Source of the DNA: Geopsychrobacteraceae bacterium
GTDB lineage: Bacteria; Desulfobacterota; Desulfuromonadia; Desulfuromonadales; Geopsychrobacteraceae
Assembly (NCBI GenBank): GCA_963662315.1
Contig: OY759353.1
Coordinates: 3,296,001-3,360,000, forward strand
Direction: 5' to 3'
Length of the DNA: 64,000 nucleotides
A program made the translations under genes and the position numbers. The notes beneath the pieces are model-generated. The model saw only the letters and a program-made list of their open reading frames with translations. It was not told the DNA's origin and did not search any database. Below are positions 9,145 to 19,310 of the stretch, piece by piece (positions within the stretch are counted from its first letter, which is position 1; each line of letters opens with the position of its first letter).

Positions 9145-9759
9145 ATGGTTAAGGATGTTACTCGTTATAACCGCATGGCCCTGGAGGTGAATGCTCCAGT
9201 CTATGCTTACTATGCGGAAAAAATTCTGGAGGAAACCGGAGTTTATCAAGGGGTTTGCCTCGATGTCGGCTGTGGCGGTGGGTATCTTGGCCTGGCCTTG
9301 GCACCTCTGTGCCAACTTGATTTTGTCTTTCTCGATCAATCACCAGCCATGCTCGATTGTGCGCGGACCAATATCAGCCGCTTTCAGCTTCAGCAGCGCG
9401 CAACGACCGTGGTTGCATCGGTACAGGCGATGCCTCTGTGTGATGCGACGGTTGATCTGGTTGTCAGTCGTGGTTCCGTGCCGTTCTGGGATGATCTGCC
9501 AGGCGCATTTTCTGAACTGTATCGGGTTTTGCGGCCAGGTGGGCGTGCCTATGTCGGGGGTGGGATGGGACCACCGCAATTGCGGGAACGGCTGCTGAGC
9601 AAGGCAAGAAAACTCGATTCGGACTGGCAACGGGGGAAACCGACGATTCCCTGGCGCCCACCCGGCGCATATGAAAATGCTCTGGATGCGGCAGGGATTA
9701 GTAACTATGACATCAGCCGCACGGAAGATGGCACCTGGATCCAGTTTGCTAAAGGATAA
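9145..9759 (+). CDS. Class I SAM-dependent methyltransferase 1
   Basis: LDVGCGGG and DLVVSRGSVPFW; ATG at 9145 after GGGAG. Confidence 0.85.
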   Translation: MVKDVTRYNRMALEVNAPVYAYYAEKILEETGVYQGVCLDVGCGGGYLGLALAPLCQLDFVFLDQSPAMLDCARTNISRFQLQQRATTVVASVQAMPLCDATVDLVVSRGSVPFWDDLPGAFSELYRVLRPGGRAYVGGGMGPPQLRERLLSKARKLDSDWQRGKPTIPWRPPGAYENALDAAGISNYDISRTEDGTWIQFAKG

Positions 9760-9821
9760 CTCTGAACCGGGGGCCTATGACTGTGCAGGTCTCACCACAA
9801 TGAACAGGAGTAAATCATATC

Positions 9822-10451
9822 ATGATGAAATTTGACGCCCAGAAATACCGGCAGACAGACCAACGTTTTACGCCGGTATATCAGCAGATTGCCGACCAGA
9901 TTCTGAGCGCGACCGGGAAGACCAGTGGTGTGTGCGTAGACCTGGGGTGTGGGCCTGGAGGTTTGGGGAAGGCATTGCTCGATAAGTCGGACCTGTTTGT
10001 CCATTTTTTCGATCAGTCGGTGGAAATGCTTGAACAGGTCGATGAAAAGATGTCAGCAGCCGGAACCCATTGGCGTTCCAGCATCATTTGCGGGGATATC
10101 GCTTGCATTGACCTGGCCGATGCTTCCGTCGACCTGGCCGTCAGTCGTGGTTCCATCTTCTTCTGGGAGGACCTTGAAGCAGCCTTTCGCGAAATCGAGC
10201 GGATACTGGCCTCCGGAGGCTGGGGCTATATCGGGGGCGGCTTCGGATCACGGCAGCTCAAAGAAGAAATCACCTCGCAAATGAACGCTGACCCGGACAA
10301 TATCAAGGGGGATTTCCGCAATAAAATTAAACGAAACCTCGGTCCTGAATCTCGTGAGCGCTTCGAAAAGGCCCTGCAGCGTAGTGGTATTGGTAATTAT
10401 TCAATTGTGCAGAACGAGGATATCGGTCTGTGGATTCAAATCAGGAAGTAA
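9822..10451 (+). CDS. Class I SAM-dependent methyltransferase 2
   Basis: VDLGCGPG and DLAVSRGSIFFW. Confidence 0.85.
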   Translation: MMKFDAQKYRQTDQRFTPVYQQIADQILSATGKTSGVCVDLGCGPGGLGKALLDKSDLFVHFFDQSVEMLEQVDEKMSAAGTHWRSSIICGDIACIDLADASVDLAVSRGSIFFWEDLEAAFREIERILASGGWGYIGGGFGSRQLKEEITSQMNADPDNIKGDFRNKIKRNLGPESRERFEKALQRSGIGNYSIVQNEDIGLWIQIRK

Positions 10452-10454
10452 GCC

Positions 10455-12230
10455 ATGCTGAGCCGGGAATGTTATATCTGTGAACGTGGCTGTCATTTGC
10501 AGGATGGTCAAAGTGGTGCCTGTGGCATGTATGAACTGCAGGGGGATGTGATTGTTGAACGTTTTCCCGGTCACTACCTGGTGGCCTGCCCGATTTCCAT
10601 TGAAACCATGCCGTTGCTGCATTTTTACCCGGGGGGCAAATTTCTACAGATTACCTCGACCGGCTGCAACTTCTCCTGCCCCGGCTGTATTTCCACGGTG
10701 CTGGTCCACGAACTGGATCATAACAGCCTGGCCCTGCAGCATTTAAGTGCCGAGCAAGTAGTGGATAAAGCGCATGCTGGAGGGTGTCTGGGAATCGCTT
10801 ACGTCATGAATGATCCATTGGCGGCATTCCCCAGCTTTCTGGCCATCGCCAAACAGGCCAAGAGCAAAGGCTTATTGGTCGGCTGCTCGACCAACGCCTA
10901 CTTCACCGAGCAGTCTCTGCAGCAGTTGCTCCCCTTCCTTGATTTCATTAACGTTGGACTGAAGGGTTTTGGCGCTGCCGCGTACCGGGCCTGTGGTGCA
11001 CCAGGTATTGCCCCGGTATTGCGCAATATCAAAACCCTTTACAGTGCTGGTGTCCATGTGGAAATTTCGGCCATCCTGACCCGGAGCAACGCTCAGGAAA
11101 TTGAAGACCTGGCCGCCTTTCTGGCCACCATCGCGCGGCACATACCATTGCAGATCATGCGCTTTCTCCCCTTTGAGGCGGCTGCCCCAGAACTTGAACC
11201 GAGTATTGCTGCTGCGGAACAGACGGTGACCAACTTAAGGTCGGTCCTTGACTATGTCTACCTGTTTAACTCGCCGGGCACCACCCTGTTGGACACCTCT
11301 TGTCCCGAGTGCGGCGCTGTGCAGTTACACCGCCAGTTTTATGGCCCGATGGGGGCGAAGCTGCTGCCGGGTTCGGGGCTAGAGCGGGAAGGGTGTGGCC
11401 ACCCGATCATGGTGCGGGGGACAGTGGCTGACGAGCAGTTTCAGGAGCAGGATTTTCAGGGTGGCTATCCCTTCACCCGGGCCCTGGAAATGGTTGAAGC
11501 CCTGCTGATTGCCATGGGAGTAACAGAGAAACGGGTTGTCGCCAGGGCTTGGGAGTACCTGCTCAGGCCGGGTGGTTTGCAGCAGCTGCATCATGCCATT
11601 CAGCAGCCACGCGCTTATATTCAGCTGGTGCGTGAATTCGGGGAACTGGTGGGTGTGTCTGACAAGGCCGGACAGCTGGCGGCCTTTCTGGAAGAGCGGG
11701 TAGCACGGGTTGAGGCCGCGGTGGCCGGAGTGAGTGAGCCGCCGCGTGTTTACTACGCCATGGGAACCCCCCTTTTCTATATCAACGGTGGGCGGCTGGA
11801 AAATGAGCTGGTGGTCATGGCTGGGGGGCATAGCTGCAACCGGGAACTGCCGGAAGGGGGCCGTCCCGGGCGTAATATAAGTGTAAAACGGTTTAACCAG
11901 CTGAATCCCCAGGTGATCTTTATTTCCGCCTTTATCGACAACAATGTTGCCGATTTCAGCACCCTGTGCCGACACCTCGGATTAACCGCCGAGGCCGTTG
12001 CGGCCCAACAGATTCACGTGCATCCGGCACCCGGCTGGGATTTTGGCAGTCCGCGCTGGATTCTGGGACTGATGAATATCGCCAATATCCTCCACCCGGA
12101 GTATTGCCAGTTCGATGTACTGGCTGAGGCGGAGCAGCTGTATCGTGAATTTTATCAGCGCACTTTTGACCCGACTTTGGTGAACCGCTCTTTCAGTAAG
12201 CCGGATTGTCAGTGGCGCTGGCTGGATTAA
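10455..12230 (+). CDS. Radical SAM protein (AmmeMemoRadiSam/PflA-like) fused to a C-terminal Fe/B12-type solute-binding domain
   Basis: N-terminal CYICERGC...GACG; GCNFSCPGC (CxxxCxxC); CPECG; C-terminal PRVYYA, AGG, NPQVIFI and WDFGSPRWILG typical of class III SBPs. Confidence 0.8.
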   Translation: MLSRECYICERGCHLQDGQSGACGMYELQGDVIVERFPGHYLVACPISIETMPLLHFYPGGKFLQITSTGCNFSCPGCISTVLVHELDHNSLALQHLSAEQVVDKAHAGGCLGIAYVMNDPLAAFPSFLAIAKQAKSKGLLVGCSTNAYFTEQSLQQLLPFLDFINVGLKGFGAAAYRACGAPGIAPVLRNIKTLYSAGVHVEISAILTRSNAQEIEDLAAFLATIARHIPLQIMRFLPFEAAAPELEPSIAAAEQTVTNLRSVLDYVYLFNSPGTTLLDTSCPECGAVQLHRQFYGPMGAKLLPGSGLEREGCGHPIMVRGTVADEQFQEQDFQGGYPFTRALEMVEALLIAMGVTEKRVVARAWEYLLRPGGLQQLHHAIQQPRAYIQLVREFGELVGVSDKAGQLAAFLEERVARVEAAVAGVSEPPRVYYAMGTPLFYINGGRLENELVVMAGGHSCNRELPEGGRPGRNISVKRFNQLNPQVIFISAFIDNNVADFSTLCRHLGLTAEAVAAQQIHVHPAPGWDFGSPRWILGLMNIANILHPEYCQFDVLAEAEQLYREFYQRTFDPTLVNRSFSKPDCQWRWLD

Positions 12231-12339
12231 GCTTCTCCCCTGCTGCCACGGGGTGAGGACTGGTTAGCTGGCTTGGGATGTGCGGTTTTGTGGCGTAAAT
12301 GCCGCGCTCACTGGATAAGCGCAGCTAGGTCAGGCATGT

Positions 12340-12362
12340 CGTTATTTTTATTATATATATCG
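12340..12362 (+). promoter_or_regulatory. Single ModE-like box upstream of TonB-dependent receptor 1
   Basis: CGTTAT (12340)-N11 (AT-rich)-ATATCG (12357). Confidence 0.6.
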
Positions 12363-12452
12363 ATAGGTATTTTGAAGGAGTTCATCTGACCGCCACGGTT
12401 CTGGCGAACTCCCATTTTATAATTTAATTATAAATAAAACAGGAGGTTAGCT

Positions 12453-14510
12453 ATGTTTTTTAAAAAGTCTCTGACGGTGCCGATGGCCCTGTTGATGGTT
12501 GTGCTGGTGGGACAGCAGGTCGGCGCAGCTGTTGCGAGTGATACCCCCCAGCAATTGGCTAACATGACCGTGGTCGATCAGGACGCGACCACGCGTGAAG
12601 AGCTGAAAGTCGACAGTATTGAAAACCCCTACCGTGTCGAGGCCAGTTCGCGCGTGGCGATGGAGATTTTCTCCGCGGAGGATATTGCGAATCTTAATCC
12701 CAGTGATGTTTACGACCTGCTTGATAAGGCGGTTGGGATCAATCTGACCTATCAGGGGCGTAAGAGTCCGTTTTTTATAACACAACGTGGCGGCGGGAGT
12801 TTTACTTATATTGTTGATGGTGCCGTGCTCCCCTCAACGGTTAACCGCATTCTCTATAAGTTCCCGGTATCCTCCATCGAGCAGCTGCAGATTATGCGTG
12901 GGGCAACCGCCTTGACCCTCGGGCCGACGATCAATATTGGCGCGTCCAACTCCGGCTCCGGTCTGAATACCGGTTTTATTATCATCCGCACCAAGCAGCC
13001 ACAGGAAACCCAGGCCATCGTTGCTGCCAGTATCGAAAAATCAAAAGGTGGTCATCCGGCGGCCATGACGGAAGATCTGTACCTGGGGGCGCATTTTGGT
13101 GATCAGGACAATAAGCAGGGCTATGTCGGTGGCATGTTGGCGAACATGGATCGCCCCAGTCAGGATGACTGGTTTGACGGCCGCAGTGGCACTGGTGGCA
13201 TGCTTAACAGCGGGGCAACCTTGGGCAAACTTAGGTTCAACTTCATGTATTACCGGGACAAGGGGGATTTTGAGATGCAGCGCGGTATTAGCGTCGATGG
13301 CACCCTGTCAGATGTAAAATGGTATTACGATCCCCTCGAAACCAAGATCTACTCAGCGGATGCCAGTGTCATCTGGAGTCCCCGGCAAACAACGATCCTG
13401 AACCTGTTCCAGGTACAGTACGATCAGACTGAACACAACGACAGTTTTGCCAGCACGACGACCAGCACCAAGGAATATGAAGAGAAAACCAGTGGCATCG
13501 GCCTGCGCCATAACCTGCAATGGCACGATACTCTGCTGCAATTGGGTGGCCAGTTGTCCGACAGTAAAGGGGACGGTCCCAACCTGAGCAGCCGCTATAA
13601 TCGCTTTGATACCAGTGTCAAAGGCTGGTCGGCTTCACTGGAACAGAAATTTTTTGCTGACCACCTGGTGTTCGATCTCGGTTACCGGCGTGATGTTAAA
13701 CATATTAAATACTCCAGTACCAGTGCTGCTAATGATACTGCTAACAACAATGTCGATCTGGCTCCGGCTGAAGTGATTGCCGGTGGGGTTCACTGGCAGA
13801 TCAGTGATATGTTTGTTGTCGACGGGCGCTATTTTGCAGGCGATCAAGGGACTTCCGGGGATTTTGACCTGCGGACCCTAGATGGCTCAGATCTGCATGG
13901 AGAAAAACAGCAGCGCATTGAAGTTGCCCTGTCGGCCAACCTGATCTCCTGGTTCCGGCCCACCGTCACCTGGTTCGATGTTGATATCAAAAATGCCAAG
14001 TCAGCCACCACGACCACCTATGTCGAGGATGGCGATACCTACTACTACTACACCGAAGCAGATGAATTGCGGCGTGGCGTCGAACTGCTGATTGAAGGGA
14101 ATATCGGAAAGGATACCAGCTACAAAGCCAGCTGGACCAGAATGCTGGATAATGAAACGACCAGTGCCGGGGTAACCACCGACAATATCGGTGAGTCGGG
14201 CCCCAAAAATCTCTATTCCCTGTCCCTGATGCAGAAATGGCAGGCTTATCGTTTCAATGTTTCCGTCAAGAAAGTCGATGAATGGGCCAGTTCAAGCAGC
14301 CCCATGGGGACCGCCTCCTGGGGTGGCCTGGGTGACTATATTCGCGTCGATGCGAACGTCAAGCGCGATTTCGAGATCGCTGACACGCTGCTGACAGCGA
14401 CTCTGTATGGGCGGAACCTGGGGGATAAGCATTATTCAACCCGCTATGTCACCGGCTATTATCCAGACCGTGGTTTGACCGTCGGCCTGGGCTTACAGAT
14501 GCGCTACTAA
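12453..14510 (+). CDS. TonB-dependent receptor 1
   Basis: Signal peptide; plug region (FSAEDIANL...YIVDGA...IEQLQIMRG...FIIIRTK); C-terminal NLGDKHY...GLQMRY; RBS AGGAGG. Confidence 0.9.
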   Translation: MFFKKSLTVPMALLMVVLVGQQVGAAVASDTPQQLANMTVVDQDATTREELKVDSIENPYRVEASSRVAMEIFSAEDIANLNPSDVYDLLDKAVGINLTYQGRKSPFFITQRGGGSFTYIVDGAVLPSTVNRILYKFPVSSIEQLQIMRGATALTLGPTINIGASNSGSGLNTGFIIIRTKQPQETQAIVAASIEKSKGGHPAAMTEDLYLGAHFGDQDNKQGYVGGMLANMDRPSQDDWFDGRSGTGGMLNSGATLGKLRFNFMYYRDKGDFEMQRGISVDGTLSDVKWYYDPLETKIYSADASVIWSPRQTTILNLFQVQYDQTEHNDSFASTTTSTKEYEEKTSGIGLRHNLQWHDTLLQLGGQLSDSKGDGPNLSSRYNRFDTSVKGWSASLEQKFFADHLVFDLGYRRDVKHIKYSSTSAANDTANNNVDLAPAEVIAGGVHWQISDMFVVDGRYFAGDQGTSGDFDLRTLDGSDLHGEKQQRIEVALSANLISWFRPTVTWFDVDIKNAKSATTTTYVEDGDTYYYYTEADELRRGVELLIEGNIGKDTSYKASWTRMLDNETTSAGVTTDNIGESGPKNLYSLSLMQKWQAYRFNVSVKKVDEWASSSSPMGTASWGGLGDYIRVDANVKRDFEIADTLLTATLYGRNLGDKHYSTRYVTGYYPDRGLTVGLGLQMRY

Positions 14511-14563
14511 ATCGTTTTATTAACGCAGCTTGTTACTCAGCAGTTATGTGGGGTGAGGGAAAC

Positions 14564-15325
14564 ATGGCTTATCTTGTTTCAACAGTTTCAATGTTCGTCC
14601 TGCTTGGGTTACTGCTGGCGGTCAAAGTGACACGTCAGTACGGCCGGGCAGTTCTGTTTCGCCTTGGTCGCCTCAAAGGGATTCGCGGGCCGGGTCTGTT
14701 TCTGATCATTCCCGGTGTTGACCAGATAGTCCGGGTCGATCTGCGCGTTCGCCAGCTCGATGTTCCCAAGCAGACGCTGATCACCCGCGATAATATCAGC
14801 GTCGATGTCGACGCCATTATTTATTACCATGTGACCGATCCGGTTCAGGCGGTGGTTGAGGTCGAGGATTACCAGGGGGCAACGGCGCTCATCGCCCAGA
14901 CCGTGCTGCGCGATATCCTCGGCCAGAGCGAGCTTGACGCCATTCTCGCCGACCGCGAGGCGCTCAATCAGCACATTCAGCAAACCCTTGACGAGGTTAC
15001 CCAACCATGGGGAATCAGGGTCGATATCGTGACGATTCGCGATATCTCTCTGCCAGAAAACATGCTGCGTGCCATTGCCCGGCAGGCCGAGGCTGAACGG
15101 GAACGGCGGGCGCGGATCATCTTGGCCGACGGGGAGTTCCAGGCTTCACAGAAGATGCAGGAGGCTGCCAAGCTTTACGAGCGGGTGCCGATGGCCCTCA
15201 AGCTACGTGAGTTCCAGAATTTAAGTGAAATCGCCCGTGAGAAGAACCTGATTGTCGTTACCAACGGGATTGATAACACCGGTAACTCGGTGGCCCTGGC
15301 TCGGGCGCTGGACAGGATCGCCTAA
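14564..15325 (+). CDS. SPFH/stomatin (slipin) family protein
   Basis: FRLGR, GPGLFLIIP, VDLR, TRDN, WGIRV, AIARQAEAERERRA. Confidence 0.9.
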   Translation: MAYLVSTVSMFVLLGLLLAVKVTRQYGRAVLFRLGRLKGIRGPGLFLIIPGVDQIVRVDLRVRQLDVPKQTLITRDNISVDVDAIIYYHVTDPVQAVVEVEDYQGATALIAQTVLRDILGQSELDAILADREALNQHIQQTLDEVTQPWGIRVDIVTIRDISLPENMLRAIARQAEAERERRARIILADGEFQASQKMQEAAKLYERVPMALKLREFQNLSEIAREKNLIVVTNGIDNTGNSVALARALDRIA

Positions 15326-16447
15326 GTGAAGCGGCTCGTTTCATCTCTCCCCCTGCCTTATGGCGGTGCGAAAAAGACCCGTTTGGGGCGCTTGTCCAAT
15401 GCGCGCCAGGAACATGAACATCAGCTCTGGCGCAAAACGGCCTTTCTGATCGGTCTCGCCCTGTTCGTGCTACTGGCGGCGGCGGTGATCATGACCCTCG
15501 GCCAGGTGCCGATGACGGTCAGCGATGTTTATCGCTCCCTGGCCGGGCGACTGGTCCCCGGCCTGGCTCCGGAGAATCCGCTGATTAACCATGTCGTCTG
15601 GCAGCTGCGGCTGCCGCTGATCCTCGGCGCTTTTCTCGCCGGGTTTGGGCTGGGCAGCTGTGGCTGTGTCATGCAGGCGGTGCTCAAGAACCCGATGGCC
15701 AGCCCCTTTACCCTGGGGATCTCCTCCGGCGCCCACTTCGGCGTGTCGCTGGCTGCGGTCTTTGGTGTCAGTTTCATGGACGGCCCCTATTTTCTAGTCG
15801 CCAACGCCTTTGTCTGCTCGCTGGCCTGTTCGGCGCTGATCATTGCCCTCTCAGCCCTTAAGGGGGCGACCTCTGAGACCCTGATTCTCGCCGGGATCGC
15901 CGTCAATTACTTGTTTCAGGCGGCCAATCAGCTGTTCACCTATTTCGCCGATGACGATCAGCGCAATGTCATGTCGCTGTGGGGGATGGGCTCGCTCAAT
16001 TCGCTCAACTGGCACAGTATCGCTTTTCTGGTGGTGATCGCGGCCATCTGCCTGCCGTTGCTCTATCAGAAAGCCTGGGATCTCAACCTGATGACCGTCG
16101 GCGACGAGAGCGCCAAAAGTATGGGGGTGGACGCTGCTTTTATCCGTATTTTCGTCATGGTGGTGGCGAGTTTGCTGGTCTCAGCCATCGTCTCCTTTAT
16201 CGGCGTCATCGGCTTCGTCGGGCTGGTCGCGCCGCATATTGGCCGTATCCTGCTTGGCAATGATCACCGTTTTCTGATCCCCGCGGCTGGTGGCATCGGC
16301 GGGGCGCTGCTGCTGATCGCCAATGCCGTATCGATGAATCTGATCCATTCGGTGGTGCTGCCGACCGGGATTATCATGTCGATCCTCGGTGTGCCGTTGT
16401 TTATGTATCTGATCTTCCGCGGCAAGCGTAAGGAGTTCTGGTCATGA
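15326..16447 (+). CDS. FecCD/BtuC-family ABC permease 1
   Basis: LRLP, MQAVLKNPMASPFTLGISSGA, GDESAKSMGV, GVIGFVGLVAPHI. Confidence 0.9.
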   Translation: MKRLVSSLPLPYGGAKKTRLGRLSNARQEHEHQLWRKTAFLIGLALFVLLAAAVIMTLGQVPMTVSDVYRSLAGRLVPGLAPENPLINHVVWQLRLPLILGAFLAGFGLGSCGCVMQAVLKNPMASPFTLGISSGAHFGVSLAAVFGVSFMDGPYFLVANAFVCSLACSALIIALSALKGATSETLILAGIAVNYLFQAANQLFTYFADDDQRNVMSLWGMGSLNSLNWHSIAFLVVIAAICLPLLYQKAWDLNLMTVGDESAKSMGVDAAFIRIFVMVVASLLVSAIVSFIGVIGFVGLVAPHIGRILLGNDHRFLIPAAGGIGGALLLIANAVSMNLIHSVVLPTGIIMSILGVPLFMYLIFRGKRKEFWS

Positions 16448-17259
16448 TCCACAAGCTGGAAATCCGCAACCTGCGCTTCGGTTACAGCAATAGCGCAATT
16501 TTAAAGGACCTGTTCATGGCTGTTGCCGACGGTAAACTGGTCAGTATCGTCGGGCCGAACGGCTCGGGCAAGTCGACGCTGATCAAATGTATCGACCGGA
16601 TTCTCACGCCATCGGCCGGGGAGCTGTTTGTCGACCATCGTGACCTCCACAAGCTGTCGCGCAGGGAGTTGGCCCGGCGCATTGCCTACGTACCGCAGAA
16701 CGCCATGCGCGTGTTTCCCCACAGCGTCTTCGATGTCGTGGTCATGGGTCGGCGGCCGCACCTTTCCTGGGGGAGCAGTGCCGGCGACAAGGAGAAGGCC
16801 TGGGAAATGCTGCAGCTACTCGGTATTGAAGATATGGCCTTGCACTCCTTCAACGAACTGTCCGGTGGCCAGCAGCAGAAGGTGCTGATCGCCCGGGCGC
16901 TGGCTCAGGAGACCGGACTGATCCTGCTCGACGAACCGACCAGCAATCTGGATATCTGGCACCAGCTCGATGTCATGGAGCTGCTCCGCCAGCTGGTGCG
17001 CAAGCGGCGTCTGACCGCTATCGTCGCCATTCACGATCTCAACATGGCGGCGCGTTATTCCGACCGCATATTGATGATGAAACATGGCCGCATCCTCGCT
17101 AATGGCAGCCCGGACGAAGTGATGACCTGTGACAACCTCGAGCAGATCTATGGCATCCGGGTCAGTATCAAGCGGGCCGAGGAGAGTCCTTTTATCATCC
17201 CAATCGCGCGTTTGCCCCAGAAAAACCTGGAGCCGTTGCCGCGGCAGCATGGGCGCTGA
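16444..17259 (+). CDS. FecE/BtuD-type ABC ATPase 1
   Basis: GPNGSGKST, LSGGQQQ, LLDEPT, IHDLN. Confidence 0.9.
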   Translation: MIHKLEIRNLRFGYSNSAILKDLFMAVADGKLVSIVGPNGSGKSTLIKCIDRILTPSAGELFVDHRDLHKLSRRELARRIAYVPQNAMRVFPHSVFDVVVMGRRPHLSWGSSAGDKEKAWEMLQLLGIEDMALHSFNELSGGQQQKVLIARALAQETGLILLDEPTSNLDIWHQLDVMELLRQLVRKRRLTAIVAIHDLNMAARYSDRILMMKHGRILANGSPDEVMTCDNLEQIYGIRVSIKRAEESPFIIPIARLPQKNLEPLPRQHGR

Positions 17260-17319
17260 AGAGTGCGATTTTGAACCATGCGGCCTTGCAGCCATAATCA
17301 TTGTCGGAAAGTAGAGGTT

Positions 17320-18387
17320 ATGAAACAACAGAGCAGATGGAAGGCATTTGTATGGGGGGCGGCCCTGGTTGCGGCGTTGTTGCTTCCCGCTGCTATGGTG
17401 CAGGCCCAGGGGGCGCAGACGCGGCTGATAACCGACATGGCTGGGCGCCAGGTTAGCATTCCGCTGACGGTCAACAAGGTCTTGTCTACCTCGCCGCCAC
17501 CGACAACCTTTATCTATATGCTCGCCCCGGAGAAGCTGGGAGCCTGGCTGGGGTCGGCGCAGAAATCGTCAACCAGATATATCCCCGAACAGTACCGTAA
17601 ACTGCCGAGCATCGCCTGGGGACGAGGCCGTACCAACTACGAGGCCTACATCGCGGCGCAGCCGGATCTGGTGTTGATCGGCTGTGAAGCGGCATCCGGG
17701 CAAGGTCAGGGACAGGCCGAGCTGACCCAGGGCAAGTTCGGCAGCATTCCCGTCGTCTGCGTCGATGAGACCCGCAATGCCACCGGCTATGCCGATACCC
17801 TGGTGTTTATGGGCGATCTGCTTGGGGTTCCGGAGCGCGCAGCAGCGCTGGTCAGCTATTATCAGGATGTTCTGTCCGAGGTCGAAACGAAGGTCGCGGC
17901 GATTCCGGCGGAGCAGCGGGTGCGGGTCTACTATGCTGAGGACAGCAATGGCCTCAAGACCGATCCGAGGGGCTCGGTCCATGCGCAGCTGATCGATGTG
18001 TGCGGCGGGGTCAATGTCGCTGATTGCACCGTCGATTCCGGCTCCGGGATGACTGCCGTGACCATGGAGTCGCTGCTCATGTGGCAGCCGCAGGTGATCA
18101 TCACCACGAGTCCCGAATTTGTCGCTCAGGCTCCCGCTGATGCCTCCTGGCAGCAGGTCAGGGCGATTCGCAACGGGCAGGTTTACCTGGCTCCGAGCCA
18201 GCCACAGAACTGGTTTGACCGGCCGCCCGGCGTCAACCGCATCGTCGGAATCCCGTGGACCGCTCACCTGCTCTACCCGGAGCTGTTCAGCCGGGACTGG
18301 CTGGAAACCAAGGTCCAGAAGTTTTACCAGCTCTATTACCACTATCGGCTCAGCAGTAATGACCTGCAGGAGTTGCTGGCACCTTAA
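17320..18387 (+). CDS. Class III (Fe-chelate/B12-type) periplasmic binding protein 1
   Basis: Signal peptide (VQA); TDMAGRQV, RVYYAE, WFDRPPGVNRIVG. Confidence 0.85.
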   Translation: MKQQSRWKAFVWGAALVAALLLPAAMVQAQGAQTRLITDMAGRQVSIPLTVNKVLSTSPPPTTFIYMLAPEKLGAWLGSAQKSSTRYIPEQYRKLPSIAWGRGRTNYEAYIAAQPDLVLIGCEAASGQGQGQAELTQGKFGSIPVVCVDETRNATGYADTLVFMGDLLGVPERAAALVSYYQDVLSEVETKVAAIPAEQRVRVYYAEDSNGLKTDPRGSVHAQLIDVCGGVNVADCTVDSGSGMTAVTMESLLMWQPQVIITTSPEFVAQAPADASWQQVRAIRNGQVYLAPSQPQNWFDRPPGVNRIVGIPWTAHLLYPELFSRDWLETKVQKFYQLYYHYRLSSNDLQELLAP

Positions 18388-18488
18388 TGACCGCGAGGAA
18401 AAGCGGCAAAACAAAGCACTGCAGCGGCTCTTTCTGGCTGCTGACCATGGTGGCTATAGCTCTGTTCTGAAATATTATTAGAAAGGGA

Positions 18489-19310
18489 ATGCTTATGCTG
18501 ACAGTACAACAACAACTGGTCGATCTGCTTGGCGAGCCGGCGGCAGGAAGACGCGTAACCGAGGTTCGGATCGGCCTGGGCTACACTGCAGTCAGGCTCG
18601 ACAGCGGCGCAGCCGGGGTGGCCTGGACCCCTAAAATTGCGGCTTCATCCTGTTCTCATTTAAAGAGGGCAGGAACTCTGGCCGGATCTGATGCCAGCGC
18701 TATTCTTGCTCTGCTGGTGGATGTATCGCCTCTGGCCAGGGCTGTGGGGCTGGCGACGGCGAATGCTCTGTTGGCCTCCCAGCCACAGGAGTCGGTGAGC
18801 CGGGTGGAGGTTATCGACGCCCTCGCTCTTACGGCCCATGATCATGTGGTTATGGTTGGATATTTTGCGCCCTTGCTCGGCAAACTGAAGGAGACCGGTT
18901 GTCGGCTGGATATCGTCGAATTGAACCCGGAGCATGGCACCGGAACCATCACTGCTGAACAGGGCGAAGCCGCCCTGGCTGCTTGTAGCGTGGCTATTAT
19001 CACCGGTACCAGTCTGATCAACGGCACCTTTGCCCGGGTGCACGCTGCTCTTGGCAAGCCCCGTGCGGCGGTCCTGCTCGGACCCTCCACACCCCTGTTG
19101 GCAGAGGCGTTCAGCGCAACGAAAATCACCCATCTGGCCGGATCGCGGGTCACTGATCCGGAGGCGGTACTCAAGGTCGTGTCTGAAGGAGGCGGGACCA
19201 TGTTGATGAAACCCTATCTCGATTTCCAGACGTTAGCGGTCGTTTCAGATCCAGCGGTGGCACAACCGGCCTGTTGCACACAGGCGCTTGCTCCAGGAGA
19301 GGGCCAATGA
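18489..19310 (+). CDS. DUF364 family protein 2
   Basis: IGLGYTAV, VGLATANAL, VVMVGYF, IITGTSLINGT, LLGPSTP, VSEGGG. Confidence 0.85.
   Translation: MLMLTVQQQLVDLLGEPAAGRRVTEVRIGLGYTAVRLDSGAAGVAWTPKIAASSCSHLKRAGTLAGSDASAILALLVDVSPLARAVGLATANALLASQPQESVSRVEVIDALALTAHDHVVMVGYFAPLLGKLKETGCRLDIVELNPEHGTGTITAEQGEAALAACSVAIITGTSLINGTFARVHAALGKPRAAVLLGPSTPLLAEAFSATKITHLAGSRVTDPEAVLKVVSEGGGTMLMKPYLDFQTLAVVSDPAVAQPACCTQALAPGEGQ

Noticed and set aside
12231..12452. Cobalamin riboswitch or Fur box upstream of the TonB-dependent receptors (26560-26800 also checked)
   Set aside because: No B12-box (GGGAA...GCCCCCGCAACTGT) and no GATAATGATAATCATTATC-like site found by eye; an Rfam scan was not run
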